A stretch of DNA of 64,000 nt from Candidatus Palauibacter irciniicola (GCA_009836005.1 VXWG01000010.1:1879-65878); one strand, 5' to 3'. Numbered from the stretch's first letter, positions 26,348 to 36,603 are shown. The notes: generated from the sequence alone by a model not told the origin. Translations and numbers: made by a program.

Positions 26348-29300
26348 CTACGCGGCGCCCGGAATCGAGGCACGCCGCGACGGCATCAAGCGCATATGTA
26401 ACGTGCATAGCGCCGGAACCACCATCATAAGTATGACCGTGATGAAGAGAATGCCGCAACCGAGTGACGCGGCAAACGGTATCAGGAATTGGGCCTGGAT
26501 GGCGCGCTCCAGGATCAGGGGCGTGAAGCCGAGGAACGTGGTCAGGGAAGTGAGCATGATCGGACGAAAACGCCCCTTTGCCCCCTCCATGATCGCGGTT
26601 CGCGGCGGGGCGCCTTCCCGGAGTTTCTGATCGATGAAGTCGATCATGACCAGGGAATCGTTCACCACGACCCCGCTCAGACCGAAGATCCCCATGAAGG
26701 ATACGGCGCTCAGGGCGACTCCCAGGATCCAGTGGCCCAGGATCACGCCGATGAACCCGAAGGGGATGACGGCCATGATGATGAACGGCTTGGTATATGA
26801 ACGGAGGGGGATGGCGAGGAGCGCAAAAATCAGGATCAGAGCGACCGCGAAGCCGCGGTAGAGCGCGTCGATGGACTCCAGCTGCTGCTGCTGCTCGCCC
26901 CCGAACGTGTATGTCAGGCCCGGGTACGCCGCGGTCAGGTCCGCGAGGATCGAGTTTTCCAGAATATCGTTGGCTTCGTCGCCGGAGATCACCGAGGCGT
27001 CCACATCGGCGGTGACGGTGACGACGCGCTGGCCATCCCTGCGCCGGAGGGCCGACGGCGACACGCCCGGGCTCAGCGAGGCCACACTGATGATCGGCAC
27101 CTCGTCCCCGCCCGGCGTACGGAGCAGGTAGCCTTCGATATCGGTGATCGAGTTCCGCTCTTCCGCGGGCAGCCGAACATAGACTCGTACCTCTTCGCGG
27201 CCGCGCTGCACCCGGACGGCTTCCGCGCCGAAGAACGCGCCCCTCGCCTGTCCGGCCAGCTCCTGCACGGTGAGACCGAGGGTCCGCGCTTCGGGCCGCA
27301 ACTCGAGCTGAACTTCCGGGATGCCCGGGGCGTGATCCGACCGTATGTCGTAGACGCCGCTCACGCTGCGGAGTCCGTCGACCACCGAGCTGGCGATCCC
27401 GGCGAGGCGCTCCGGGTCCGGATGGGACAGTACGGCCTCGACCGGGTTCCCAAGGGTGAAGATCTCGCCGCTGAAGGTGATGCCGCGCACGTAGGGCAGC
27501 ACACCCACCTCCTCTCGCCACGCCTGCACGACGTCGCCGGTGGAGATCCGTCTCTGCTGCGCACTGAGGAGCTTGAACTCGATGGTGGCGATATTGGCCT
27601 GCGGATTGACGGTGGGCTGCGGGTTGAGTCCGCCTTCGAGTCTCGATCCCAGTCCGACCGTCACCGTGACGCCGGTCAGCAGCGGCGGCGCGTCCCCGGG
27701 CCGGCTGAGAGAGAGTCGTTCGATGACCCGGTGGCCCGCGGCCTCCAGCTCCCGCGCCACTTCGTACGTTCTCGGAGCGGTCGTCCCGTCGGGCATCTCC
27801 AGCACGACCGTCACGATGTCCCCCTCCACGTCGTCGGCCAGCGTGGTGGGGACGATTCCCGCGGGCACCAGGGAGATGCTCAGCACGAGCATTCCAACGG
27901 CCCCCGTCATCGTCACGCCGGGCCGGGCCGTGGCAAACCGCAGGGCCCGGTCCAGGGGCCCCTGCACGAACCGCTGCAGCTGGGCGTCGACACGACTCTG
28001 TAGTCGCGAGAAGAACCGGTCGAAGGCATTGCCCGGCACCCAGTCCGGACCGGGCAGGTGGGACAGGTGGTTGGGCAGGACGAACAGCGATTCCACCAGC
28101 GAAACCATCAGCATGGCGATCATGATGATCGGCAGGGCCCGCCATACGTCACCGACGCCGCCCGGGATGAACAGCAACGGGACGAACGCCACCGCCGAAG
28201 TGAGGACCGCGAACGTCAACGGTACCTTGATCCGCCGGACGCCGCGGATCGCGGCCGCGACCCCTGGGGTTCCGCGACTGCGTTCGTATTGGATGTGCTC
28301 GGCCACGACGATGGCGTCGTCCACGACGATCCCTATGGCGAGCACGAAGGAGAAGAGGCTGATGGTGTTGATCGCCACGTCGAACGCCATCATGACGGCG
28401 AGGGCGCCTATGCCGGAGACGGCGAGGCCCACGGCAACCCACAGGGCAAGCCGAATCTGGAGAAACAGGCTGAGTGCGACCAACACCAGCAACAGACCCA
28501 GAATCCCGTTCTTCAGAAGAAGATCGGCGCGTTCCTCGTAGGCCTGGGATTCGTCGTTCCACAAGGTGATGCCCACGCCGTCCGGCAAAGACGGGATCAC
28601 CTCGTTCGCCAGGTGCTCGCGGACGGTCGTGGCCACATCCATCACCTGCTCGCCGCCGGCCCGATACACCTCGACGAATACGGCGGGCCGGTTCTGATGG
28701 CGGACCATCAGGTCTGCCTCCTGGAACCCGTCGCGGACCTCGGCGATGTCGCCGAGGCGCACGACCGTGCCGTCGCGGCCGCTGAGAAGGACGATCTCCT
28801 CGAAGTCCTGCTGGTCGTAGTTCTGCCCGAGGGTCCGCACTCGAACCTGGGATTCCCGGGTATCGATGCTGCCGGCCGACAAGTCGAGCGAACTGCGGCG
28901 GATCGCGGCGGCAACGTCGGTAAGTGTGAGCCCCAGGGCTCTCAGCCGGTGAAGCGGCACCTCGATGGAGATCTCGTAGTTCCGGACCCCGCTGACCTCG
29001 ACCTGGGAGACGGAGGGCAGCGTGGTAAGGTCGTCCTCGATCCGGTGCGCCAGTTCCTTCAGCGAGCGCTCGGAGACGTCGCCGTGGACGATGAGCCGCA
29101 TCATGCTGAAGCGGTTGTCCATCTCCTGGAAACGGGGACGTTCGGCACCGGCCGGGAAGGACTGGATACGATTGACGGCGGATTCTATGTCGTCCAAAGC
29201 CCGATCCATGTCCGTACCGGAATCCATCTGGATCCGCACGGAGGCGATGCCCGGAGCCGCCAGGGACTTGACCGCCTGCACGTCATCGAGCCCGCTGACC

Positions 29301-29554
29301 TGGTCCTCGATCTTGACGACGATCGACTCCTCGATCTCCTCCGGCGTGGCGCCGGGATACGCCATCGAGACTTCGATGTGGTAGAAGGGGGTTATGGGCC
29401 ACGCTTCCCGCTCGAGGCCGGTCAGGGACACGAGTCCGGCCGCAACGATGCCCATCATCAGGAGATTGGCCGCGATGCCGTTGCTGGCCATGTAGGCGAG
29501 CGGGCCGGACCGCTCGCGGCGGTCGCCCGGTTCGCGACCCGCGTCGGGATTCAT
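26348..29554 (-). CDS. RND efflux permease (AcrB/AcrD/AcrF family)
   Basis: YPGATPEEIEE, IGIVVDDAIVVAE, GVVVNDSLV, RFRPIMLTSLTT. 1068 aa. Confidence 0.95.
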   Translation of the reverse strand: MNPDAGREPGDRRERSGPLAYMASNGIAANLLMMGIVAAGLVSLTGLEREAWPITPFYHIEVSMAYPGATPEEIEESIVVKIEDQVSGLDDVQAVKSLAAPGIASVRIQMDSGTDMDRALDDIESAVNRIQSFPAGAERPRFQEMDNRFSMMRLIVHGDVSERSLKELAHRIEDDLTTLPSVSQVEVSGVRNYEISIEVPLHRLRALGLTLTDVAAAIRRSSLDLSAGSIDTRESQVRVRTLGQNYDQQDFEEIVLLSGRDGTVVRLGDIAEVRDGFQEADLMVRHQNRPAVFVEVYRAGGEQVMDVATTVREHLANEVIPSLPDGVGITLWNDESQAYEERADLLLKNGILGLLLVLVALSLFLQIRLALWVAVGLAVSGIGALAVMMAFDVAINTISLFSFVLAIGIVVDDAIVVAEHIQYERSRGTPGVAAAIRGVRRIKVPLTFAVLTSAVAFVPLLFIPGGVGDVWRALPIIMIAMLMVSLVESLFVLPNHLSHLPGPDWVPGNAFDRFFSRLQSRVDAQLQRFVQGPLDRALRFATARPGVTMTGAVGMLVLSISLVPAGIVPTTLADDVEGDIVTVVLEMPDGTTAPRTYEVARELEAAGHRVIERLSLSRPGDAPPLLTGVTVTVGLGSRLEGGLNPQPTVNPQANIATIEFKLLSAQQRRISTGDVVQAWREEVGVLPYVRGITFSGEIFTLGNPVEAVLSHPDPERLAGIASSVVDGLRSVSGVYDIRSDHAPGIPEVQLELRPEARTLGLTVQELAGQARGAFFGAEAVRVQRGREEVRVYVRLPAEERNSITDIEGYLLRTPGGDEVPIISVASLSPGVSPSALRRRDGQRVVTVTADVDASVISGDEANDILENSILADLTAAYPGLTYTFGGEQQQQLESIDALYRGFAVALILIFALLAIPLRSYTKPFIIMAVIPFGFIGVILGHWILGVALSAVSFMGIFGLSGVVVNDSLVMIDFIDQKLREGAPPRTAIMEGAKGRFRPIMLTSLTTFLGFTPLILERAIQAQFLIPFAASLGCGILFITVILMMVVPALCTLHMRLMPSRRASIPGAA

Positions 29555-30771
29555 CGCACCGGGTCGGTCTGGACGCGCATCCCTTCGGTGGCGAACTGAA
29601 GTCCACCGGTGATCACTGCCTGGCCGCCCCGCAGGGCGCCGGTGACGAACACCGCATCGTTGGCGCGTTGCAGCACCTGAACCGGAACGATGCTCACGAC
29701 GCCGTCGCGGTCCACCGTCCAGGTTTCGTTGCCGGGTTGCAGCGCCGCTCGCGGGATCCGGAAGTAGTCCTCCGGTGAGAGTCCCTCGATCTCCACCTCA
29801 ACGAACTTGCCGACCAGCAACGGAGGATCGCCCCCGACGGCAGCGGACCGGCCCGCCGGCGCGCTTGCGTCGAACGGATCCGGCACGCGCACGATCACAT
29901 CGATGGTGCGTGTCTGCGCGTCAACGGAACTCTCCCCCCGATCCACGTAGCCCTCCCAGGCGTACATCACCTCCCCGTAGTGGGCGATCACACGAGCCGC
30001 GACGTCCCGTGCCCCGTCGCCCGCCTCGAGCTCCCACAATCCCGGGACCAGGGCGGCGTCGGCATCGGAGAGGGGCACGACGACCTCCACCGCCTCCGAC
30101 GCGAAGAGGCGTCCGACGGGCTGCCCGGGGTTCACGACCTGCCCCGCATCGACCGATTCCTCGCGCACGAAGCCGTCGAACGGTGCGGTGACCCGGGTCC
30201 TGGAGAGCGCAAGCTTCGCCTCCTCAAGCCGGGCTTCGTCGCGGCTCAGCGCGGCGCTGGCCGCTTCCAGTTGAGGCTCCCTCAGCGTGAGCGGACTCGC
30301 CTCCGAAGGCGGGGGGCCCGTCTCGCGCCGCTCCGAGTACAGTTCATACTGGGCGCTGGCGATCGCTGCCCGTTCCTGTTCCTCGAGGAAGGCGACGCGG
30401 CTTGCCGCAACGTTCGCTTCCGCTACCTGAACGCGGTACGCGTAATCGGCTTCTTCGATGCGGAAGAGCGTCTGGCCCGACTCCACGCGCCCTCCACTCT
30501 GGAACCGCGGACTCACCCAGACGACCTTGCCGCCCACCTGCGGCGCGACATCGATCTCCTCGCTTGGCCGCACGGTCCCGGATCCGAACACGGGAATCGC
30601 GCCCGACCCGGCCACAACACTGGCGGTTTGCGCAAACGGGATCTGGGGAGGCGGTTCCCGGCTCTCCGGCTCGGGGGCCAGCGAGAGCATGAGTGCCGCG
30701 ACCGTAATCGTACCGACGATGATCACGGCGATGATCCTGAGACTGGATCCGAACAGCAATCTGCGCAGCAT
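29551..30771 (-). CDS. RND periplasmic adaptor (membrane fusion protein)
   Basis: N-terminal TM, PQVGGKV, LSRTRVTAPFDG, VDAQTRT, IPRAAL. Overlaps the permease start. Confidence 0.92.
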   Translation of the reverse strand: MLRRLLFGSSLRIIAVIIVGTITVAALMLSLAPEPESREPPPQIPFAQTASVVAGSGAIPVFGSGTVRPSEEIDVAPQVGGKVVWVSPRFQSGGRVESGQTLFRIEEADYAYRVQVAEANVAASRVAFLEEQERAAIASAQYELYSERRETGPPPSEASPLTLREPQLEAASAALSRDEARLEEAKLALSRTRVTAPFDGFVREESVDAGQVVNPGQPVGRLFASEAVEVVVPLSDADAALVPGLWELEAGDGARDVAARVIAHYGEVMYAWEGYVDRGESSVDAQTRTIDVIVRVPDPFDASAPAGRSAAVGGDPPLLVGKFVEVEIEGLSPEDYFRIPRAALQPGNETWTVDRDGVVSIVPVQVLQRANDAVFVTGALRGGQAVITGGLQFATEGMRVQTDPVR

Positions 30772-30829
30772 TGTGCCTTATCCCATGGAGGTGGAGGAGC
30801 ACCAGCTTGAGCATAGGAATCTACGGTTT

Positions 30830-30850
30830 GTTCGGTCAACGGGACCGAAC
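30830..30850. other. Perfect 8-bp hairpin at the right edge of the sterol island
   Basis: GTTCGGTC-AACGG-GACCGAAC, immediately after the stop of the M8-like protease. Terminator or operator. Confidence 0.45.
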
Positions 30851-32080
30851 CTACCGCGGCGAACGGTCGCGGAGCACGCGCACGACGCGGCCTTCCGCAT
30901 CGACGACCTGCACCGGACCCCTGAGGACATCGTCGCCCAGGTCGACCGCGCGGCCGGGTTTCTCGTCCGCGGCCCCGACGCCGGGGAGCGTGTACGGCTC
31001 CGCCAGACTCGCGTCGACCCTGTAACCCAGGTCGGCCAGCGACCGGATCGTGATCGCGCTGAGGGTCTCGCGGGATCCGATCCTGTTGAGCGGCCTCATG
31101 AGTTCCCCGCGGAGGACGGAGCCCCGCCAATGGAGGTTCGCACTCCCGACCCCGCCGAAGTTCTCGACCGGGACCTTCGCCCCGCCCGTGTAGTCCGTGC
31201 CGCCCGCCGCGTCGAAGGCGGCGATGGCCTCGGGACCGACGAAATGCGCGTCGATCGCTCCCACGCCGAGGGCGGGATCCCGGAGGAGATCGAGAGGGCG
31301 CCACAGCAGGCCGAATCCGAGCGCGTGCGCGATCTCGTGGACGGCGAGTTCCGTCGCGTCGCCGGAGTCGATGAGGCCATCGAAGTCCGACACGTCGAAG
31401 AACGCCACGCTCGCGACGGGCAGCATCGACCCTTCGCGCAGGCGGCACACGCCGGCCTGGGCGAGCGTGCGGCCCGGCCCGTCGATGTCCCGGAATTCGA
31501 TGAGGATCATCAGGTCATCGATGGTGCCGACCGGCTCCGCCGTGTTCGCGCCGTAACACTCGATGCGGTCGTCGACCGCAACCTCCGGCAGGTCCGTATC
31601 GGCCAGCACCGACATCCAGAGTTCCGCCGCCGCGAGGACCACGGCCCGCCACGGCTCGGTCGCCGTGGTGTCGAAGCGGACGTCGATGTCGAACCTGTTC
31701 GGCACGGTGACCTCGAACCTGAGGGCGGCGGCCCGGCCTTCGGGATCGCGCGCCGTGATCGCCACCGTCGACGTCCCCTGCGCCAGGGCGACGACGCGGA
31801 CCGTGCTCCCCGAGACTTCGGCGCCCGCAACTTCCGCCGCGGACGACCTCACCTCGAAAGAGAGGACATCCCCGTCGGGATCCCGGAAGTAGCCGGACGC
31901 TTCCAGCGTCGCCGTGTCCCCGACCACCAGTTCGAAGTCGGCGACGGTACCGATGACCATCGGCGGCCGCGTCAGAGGAGGGTCCGTGCTCCCGTCCCCG
32001 CAGGCCGCAGCCGAGGCGGCGACGAGCAGCGCGCAACCCCGGAAGCGGAGCTTTCGCGCGATCCGCCCCGCTCCGAGCAC
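30851..32080 (-). CDS. Leishmanolysin-like (M8) zinc metalloprotease lipoprotein with Ig-like domain
   Basis: AAAC lipobox, F-x-DPDGD Ig-like repeat, DGPGRTLAQAG, HEIAHALGFG (HExxH), HW-x5-GELM Met-turn. Confidence 0.8.
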   Translation of the reverse strand: MLGAGRIARKLRFRGCALLVAASAAACGDGSTDPPLTRPPMVIGTVADFELVVGDTATLEASGYFRDPDGDVLSFEVRSSAAEVAGAEVSGSTVRVVALAQGTSTVAITARDPEGRAAALRFEVTVPNRFDIDVRFDTTATEPWRAVVLAAAELWMSVLADTDLPEVAVDDRIECYGANTAEPVGTIDDLMILIEFRDIDGPGRTLAQAGVCRLREGSMLPVASVAFFDVSDFDGLIDSGDATELAVHEIAHALGFGLLWRPLDLLRDPALGVGAIDAHFVGPEAIAAFDAAGGTDYTGGAKVPVENFGGVGSANLHWRGSVLRGELMRPLNRIGSRETLSAITIRSLADLGYRVDASLAEPYTLPGVGAADEKPGRAVDLGDDVLRGPVQVVDAEGRVVRVLRDRSPR

Positions 32081-32082
32081 GT

Positions 32083-32502
32083 CTATTGGCCGAGGGCGTG
32101 CAGCACGACGGTCCGCCGGTGGGGGCGGCTCCGGTGCTCGAACAGGAAGATCCCCTGCCAGGTTCCCAGGGACGGCGCCCCGTCGAGCACCGGGATGGCC
32201 AGGTGCGTCTGGGTCAGGGCCGACCGGATGTGCGCCGGCATGTCATCCGGCCCCTCCATCGTGTGCCGGTAGTGGGGGTCGCCTTCCGGAACGAGCCGGG
32301 CGAAGAAGTTCGAGAGGTCGTGCAGGACGTCCGGATCCGCGTTCTCCTGGATCGTCAGAGACGCCGACGTATGGCGGATGTAGACGGTAAGCATGCCCGT
32401 CTCGATCTCGAGCCCGGCCGTCCACTCGAGGACCGGGCGGGTGATCTCATACAGGCCCTTTCCCCGCGTCTCGACGCCGAGTTGTCGGACGAACTGCTTC
32501 AT
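32083..32502 (-). CDS. yjbQ: YjbQ/UPF0047 family protein
   Basis: HTSASLTIQENADPDV, EGPDDMPAHIRS and LGTWQGIFLFEHR. C-terminal part of a long ORF-track ORF. Start 32502 or 32517. Confidence 0.92.
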   Translation of the reverse strand: MKQFVRQLGVETRGKGLYEITRPVLEWTAGLEIETGMLTVYIRHTSASLTIQENADPDVLHDLSNFFARLVPEGDPHYRHTMEGPDDMPAHIRSALTQTHLAIPVLDGAPSLGTWQGIFLFEHRSRPHRRTVVLHALGQ

Positions 32503-32555
32503 TCCGGCGGGGGGCATTCGCCGCTCGAGCGCGGCGGGGCTTTCGCCATGGACTG

Positions 32556-34970
32556 TCAGGCGACGTCCTCGCGCGCGGCCCCGGCGGCGTGCGCGCGCAG
32601 GGCTCTCCACACGCGCTGCGGCGTGAAGGGGAGCGCATCGATGCGGACGCCGACCGCGTCGTGGATCGCGTTCGCGATCGCCGGGAGCGACGGGTGCAGC
32701 GGCCCCTCGCCCGCCTCCTTGGCGCCGTACGGGCCTTCCGGATCCACCGATTCGACGATGAGCGCCTCGAACTCCGGGCAGTCCATGGAGGTGGGGATCC
32801 GGTAGTCGAGGAGCGACGGCGACGTGTGCAGGCCGCCCTCCACGTCCCCCTCGCGGAAGAGTTGCTCCTCGAAGATCGCCTCGGCGAAGCCCATGTAGGC
32901 GGAGCCCTCGATCTGGCCTTCGACGAGCGCCGGGTTGAGCGCGCGGCCGCAGTCGTGCGCCACCCAGATGTTCTTCACGCCGACGACCCCCGTGTCCTCC
33001 TCGACCTCGACTTCGGCCACGTGCGCGGTGAAGGAGTAGGCGGGCGACGACCCGATCGTGCCGCCGCGGTAGTCGCCGTGCACATCCTTCGGCGTGTCGT
33101 AGGAGCCGACGGCGCCCAGCAGGCCGAACTTCGCCTCGGCGAGGTTGAACGCCTCCGAGATCGGGATCCGGCGGCCGGCGTCTTCGGGAGCCTCCGCGTC
33201 GAAGGCCCAGCCGCGCGCGAGACGCACGCGGGACGCGGGCACGCCCCACGGCTCCGCGACGGCCTCCGCGACCTGCGCGCGCAGCGTACGGCAGGCCTCG
33301 ACGCAGGCGTTCCCCACCATGACCGTCTCGCGCGACGAATACGCCCCGAGGTCCACCGGCGTGAGGTCCGTGTCGGCGGAGAAGACGCGCACGTATTCGA
33401 GCGGGACGCCGAGTTCCTCGCACGCGATATAGGCCATGGTGGAGTCGGAACCCTGCCCGATCTCCGAGGCGCCGTGGAGGATCGCCACCCGTCCCGAGCG
33501 CTCGATCTGGACCTGCACCGCCGCCTGGGGCATCTCGTTCGGATAGATCGGGTAGTTCGTGCCGGAGATGTAGGAGGAGGCCGCCATCCCGAGACCGCGA
33601 CCCTTCGGCATCCGCCGGTGACGCTTCCTCCAGTCGCTGGCGCGTTCCACCGCCTCGAGGCACTCGAGGAAGCCGTTGGACCGCACCTTGAACTCGTTCA
33701 CCGTCCGACCCGTGCCCATGAAGTTGCGGCGGCGGAGTTCGAACGGGTCGAGGCCGAGCTTCTCCGCCATCTTGTCGAGCGAGATCTCGTACGCGAAGCG
33801 CGGCTGCACCGAGCCGTGGCCGCGCTTGGGGCCGCACGGGGCCACGTTCGTGTAGACCCGGGTCGAGTCGAAGCGGTAGGACTCGATGTGGCAGGGCGAG
33901 GTGAGGAGCTGTCCCGAGTAGTACGTCGTCACGAGCCCGAACGAGGCGTAGGCGCCGCCGTCCAGGGTCGTGTGCGCGTCGAGCGCCCGGAGCTTCCCGT
34001 CGCGCGAGGCGCCGAGCCGATACTTCATGTGCATGGGGTGGCGGCCGCGGTGCGAGTAGAAGAGCTCCTCGCGCGTGTAGAGGATCTTCACCGGACGGCC
34101 CGTCCGCATCGCGAGGAGCGCCACGCAGAACTCGAGATCGAACGGCTCGGACTTGCCGCCGAAGGCCCCGCCCACGGCCGGCTGCACGACCCGCACCTTC
34201 GCCACGTCGTGGTCGAGCACCCGCGCGAGATCGCGCTGCAGGTAGTGTGGGACCTGCGTCGAGGACCACACCTCGAGCACGCCGTCCGGGTTGAGGCGGG
34301 AGATCGCGCAGTGGGGTTCGATCGGCGTGTGCGTCGTCCCGTGGAAGAAGTACTCCCCCTCGATGGTGACGTCCGCCTCCGCCATCCGCGCGTCCACGTC
34401 CCCGAACTCGAGGTGGACGTGCTTGAGGACGTTTCCGTTCGCCCCCGGCTTGCGCGGCGCGTGGATGGGCTCCGCGGCGGCCTCGGGGGTCAGCGACTCC
34501 TCGGGCGAGAGATAGACGGGAAGCGGCTCGTACTCGATGTGGATGCGCTCGAGCGCCGCGTTCGCCGTGTCCTCGTCGACCGCGGCCACCGCCGCCACCG
34601 CGTCGCCGATGAAGCGCACCTTGTCGAGACAGAGCGCGTGCTCGTCGCGGGTCCAGGGGATGATCCCGTACGGCGTCGGCAGGTCCCGCCCCGTGATGAT
34701 GCCGTACACGCCTTCGAGGGCCTCGGCTTCGGCCGTGTCGATCGAGACGATCCGCGCGTGCGCCTCGGTGGAGCGGAGGATCTTCCCGTGCAGCATCCCC
34801 GGCAGGACGATGTCGTCCGTGTAAATCTCGCGGCCGGTCGACTTGCGCAGCCCCTCGACCCGGCGCGCGCGGCGGCCCAGCGCCGTGAACTCGGCGTCGG
34901 CGAGCCCGGGGAGCCGATCCGGATCCTCCGCGGCGGCCTGCTGTGCGGGCGTCAGTTCGTGCGGGTGCAT
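32556..34970 (-). CDS. Xanthine dehydrogenase family molybdopterin-binding large subunit (4-hydroxybenzoyl-CoA reductase alpha-like subfamily)
   Basis: STQVPH, VGGAFGGK, KRGHG, EIGQGS, GAYSSR, EGQIEG, GAKEAGEG. Confidence 0.9.
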   Translation of the reverse strand: MHPHELTPAQQAAAEDPDRLPGLADAEFTALGRRARRVEGLRKSTGREIYTDDIVLPGMLHGKILRSTEAHARIVSIDTAEAEALEGVYGIITGRDLPTPYGIIPWTRDEHALCLDKVRFIGDAVAAVAAVDEDTANAALERIHIEYEPLPVYLSPEESLTPEAAAEPIHAPRKPGANGNVLKHVHLEFGDVDARMAEADVTIEGEYFFHGTTHTPIEPHCAISRLNPDGVLEVWSSTQVPHYLQRDLARVLDHDVAKVRVVQPAVGGAFGGKSEPFDLEFCVALLAMRTGRPVKILYTREELFYSHRGRHPMHMKYRLGASRDGKLRALDAHTTLDGGAYASFGLVTTYYSGQLLTSPCHIESYRFDSTRVYTNVAPCGPKRGHGSVQPRFAYEISLDKMAEKLGLDPFELRRRNFMGTGRTVNEFKVRSNGFLECLEAVERASDWRKRHRRMPKGRGLGMAASSYISGTNYPIYPNEMPQAAVQVQIERSGRVAILHGASEIGQGSDSTMAYIACEELGVPLEYVRVFSADTDLTPVDLGAYSSRETVMVGNACVEACRTLRAQVAEAVAEPWGVPASRVRLARGWAFDAEAPEDAGRRIPISEAFNLAEAKFGLLGAVGSYDTPKDVHGDYRGGTIGSSPAYSFTAHVAEVEVEEDTGVVGVKNIWVAHDCGRALNPALVEGQIEGSAYMGFAEAIFEEQLFREGDVEGGLHTSPSLLDYRIPTSMDCPEFEALIVESVDPEGPYGAKEAGEGPLHPSLPAIANAIHDAVGVRIDALPFTPQRVWRALRAHAAGAAREDVA

Positions 34971-35091
34971 GCGTCCAATCTACGTGCGGCCCGCGAACCG
35001 GGCATGAGCCGCGGCCGAGTGCCGACGAGCTCGATCGTGCGGCGTGCTCACGGGGGCGTGACCCCCCTCCGAACATCGGCTAGTGTGCTTC

Positions 35092-36492
35092 ATGATGCTC
35101 CGCCACCGCGTGTCGCCAGCCGTGGGGTTGTCGGCGCTGACGTCGCTCCTGGCCTGCAACCCCGGCGCCGAGCCGTCCGACGCCCGGGCCACTCTGGCCA
35201 TCGAGCGGGTCTCGGTCATCCCGATGGACGGCGAGCGCGTGCTCACCGGCGTGACGGTGCTCATCGGCGACGGCCGCGTGCTTGCCGTGCAGCCGTCGGC
35301 CGAAGCGGAGGTCCCCGACGGCGCCGTGCGGGTCGACGGCCGCGGCCGCTTCCTCATCCCGGGCCTCAACGACATGCACGTCCACTTCGGCGAGGAGTCG
35401 GCGCTCGGGCGGTTCCTGGCCACCGGAGTCACCGGCGTGCGCATCCTGTCGGGCGGGCCACACACGCTCGCCCTTCGCGACCGCGTCCGGAGCGGCGAAC
35501 GGGCCGGCCCGGACATCCACACGGCGGGGCCCATCATCGAGGGGTTGCCGCCGCCGGAATTCGCCGCCGTCATCGACACCGCGGGACGCGCGATGGTCCG
35601 CGACAGCCTTGACGGCGACCGCACCGTGCGGGAGCAGCATGCCGCCGGGTACGACTTCATCAAGGTGTACAACAACGTGCCCGCGGCGGCCTACCGGGGC
35701 ATCGTCGCCGAGGCGCGCCGCCTCGGGATCCGGGTGGCGGGGCACGTGCCCTTCGAGGTGGGCCTCGATGGCGTCCTCGCGGCGGGCCAGGCCAGCATCG
35801 AACACCTGCGCGGGTACATCTGGCACCTCGTGCCCGAGGAGGCGCCGGCCCAGCCCGGCCCCGACCTGCGATCGCGCACGCTCGCCTGGGCGTACGGAGA
35901 CCCCTCGCGGATCGAGGCGCTCGCCGAGCGGACCCGCGAGGCCGGGTCGTGGAACGTGCCGACGCTCTCGGTCCGCATGATCCACAAGCCGGACCGCCTT
36001 CTCGATGCCTACCTTGCCACGGAGGAGGCGTCGCACATGACCGCCGCCATGCGCCGCTTCTACACCGAGCGCATGTCGATCCCGTGGATGAGCAACTTCA
36101 CGCCGGACGACTTCGAAGCCGCGCTGGATGGTTTCGGGGTGGCGGATTCCCTGATCCGCGCCCTCGTGGCCGCCGGCGCTCCCGTGATGGCCGGTACGGA
36201 CACGCCGCCCCTCGGCTTCGCCCTCCACCGCGAACTGGAGGAACTCGTCGCCGCGGGTCTGTCACCGTACGAGTCGCTGCGGAGCGCCACGGTCAACCCG
36301 GCCCGCTTCCTCGGACGGGAGGAGGGCGCCGGCATGGTGGTCGAGGGGAGCCCGGCCGACCTCGTGCTGCTGGAGGGCAATCCGCTGGAAGCGATCGGCA
36401 ACACGCGCCGCATCGCCGGCGTCGCGAGGCGCGGCGAATGGCTGGACCGCGCGACACTGGACGCCATGCTGCGGGAGGCCGCGGACCGCTGA
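35092..36492 (+). CDS. Amidohydrolase family lipoprotein
   Basis: LLAC lipobox, PGLNDMHVH, DFIKVY, AGHVP, SIEH, AGTD, ATVNPA, ADLVLLEGNPL. Confidence 0.88.
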   Translation: MMLRHRVSPAVGLSALTSLLACNPGAEPSDARATLAIERVSVIPMDGERVLTGVTVLIGDGRVLAVQPSAEAEVPDGAVRVDGRGRFLIPGLNDMHVHFGEESALGRFLATGVTGVRILSGGPHTLALRDRVRSGERAGPDIHTAGPIIEGLPPPEFAAVIDTAGRAMVRDSLDGDRTVREQHAAGYDFIKVYNNVPAAAYRGIVAEARRLGIRVAGHVPFEVGLDGVLAAGQASIEHLRGYIWHLVPEEAPAQPGPDLRSRTLAWAYGDPSRIEALAERTREAGSWNVPTLSVRMIHKPDRLLDAYLATEEASHMTAAMRRFYTERMSIPWMSNFTPDDFEAALDGFGVADSLIRALVAAGAPVMAGTDTPPLGFALHRELEELVAAGLSPYESLRSATVNPARFLGREEGAGMVVEGSPADLVLLEGNPLEAIGNTRRIAGVARRGEWLDRATLDAMLREAADR

Positions 36493-36603
36493 ACGCACTT
36501 GCAGCGCGGCGCGGCGATCGGTGAGGTTGGCCGTGAGATCCGGGTGCGCCGCCGGCTGCGGCGAGACCCCGTTGGACCGGATCCGGGCCATCGCAACGAG
36601 GAA

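Noticed and set aside
32083-35076. Fusion of YjbQ with a long upstream region (997-aa ORF)
   Set aside because: The upstream part is an off-frame overlap of the molybdopterin subunit gene. YjbQ starts near 32502.
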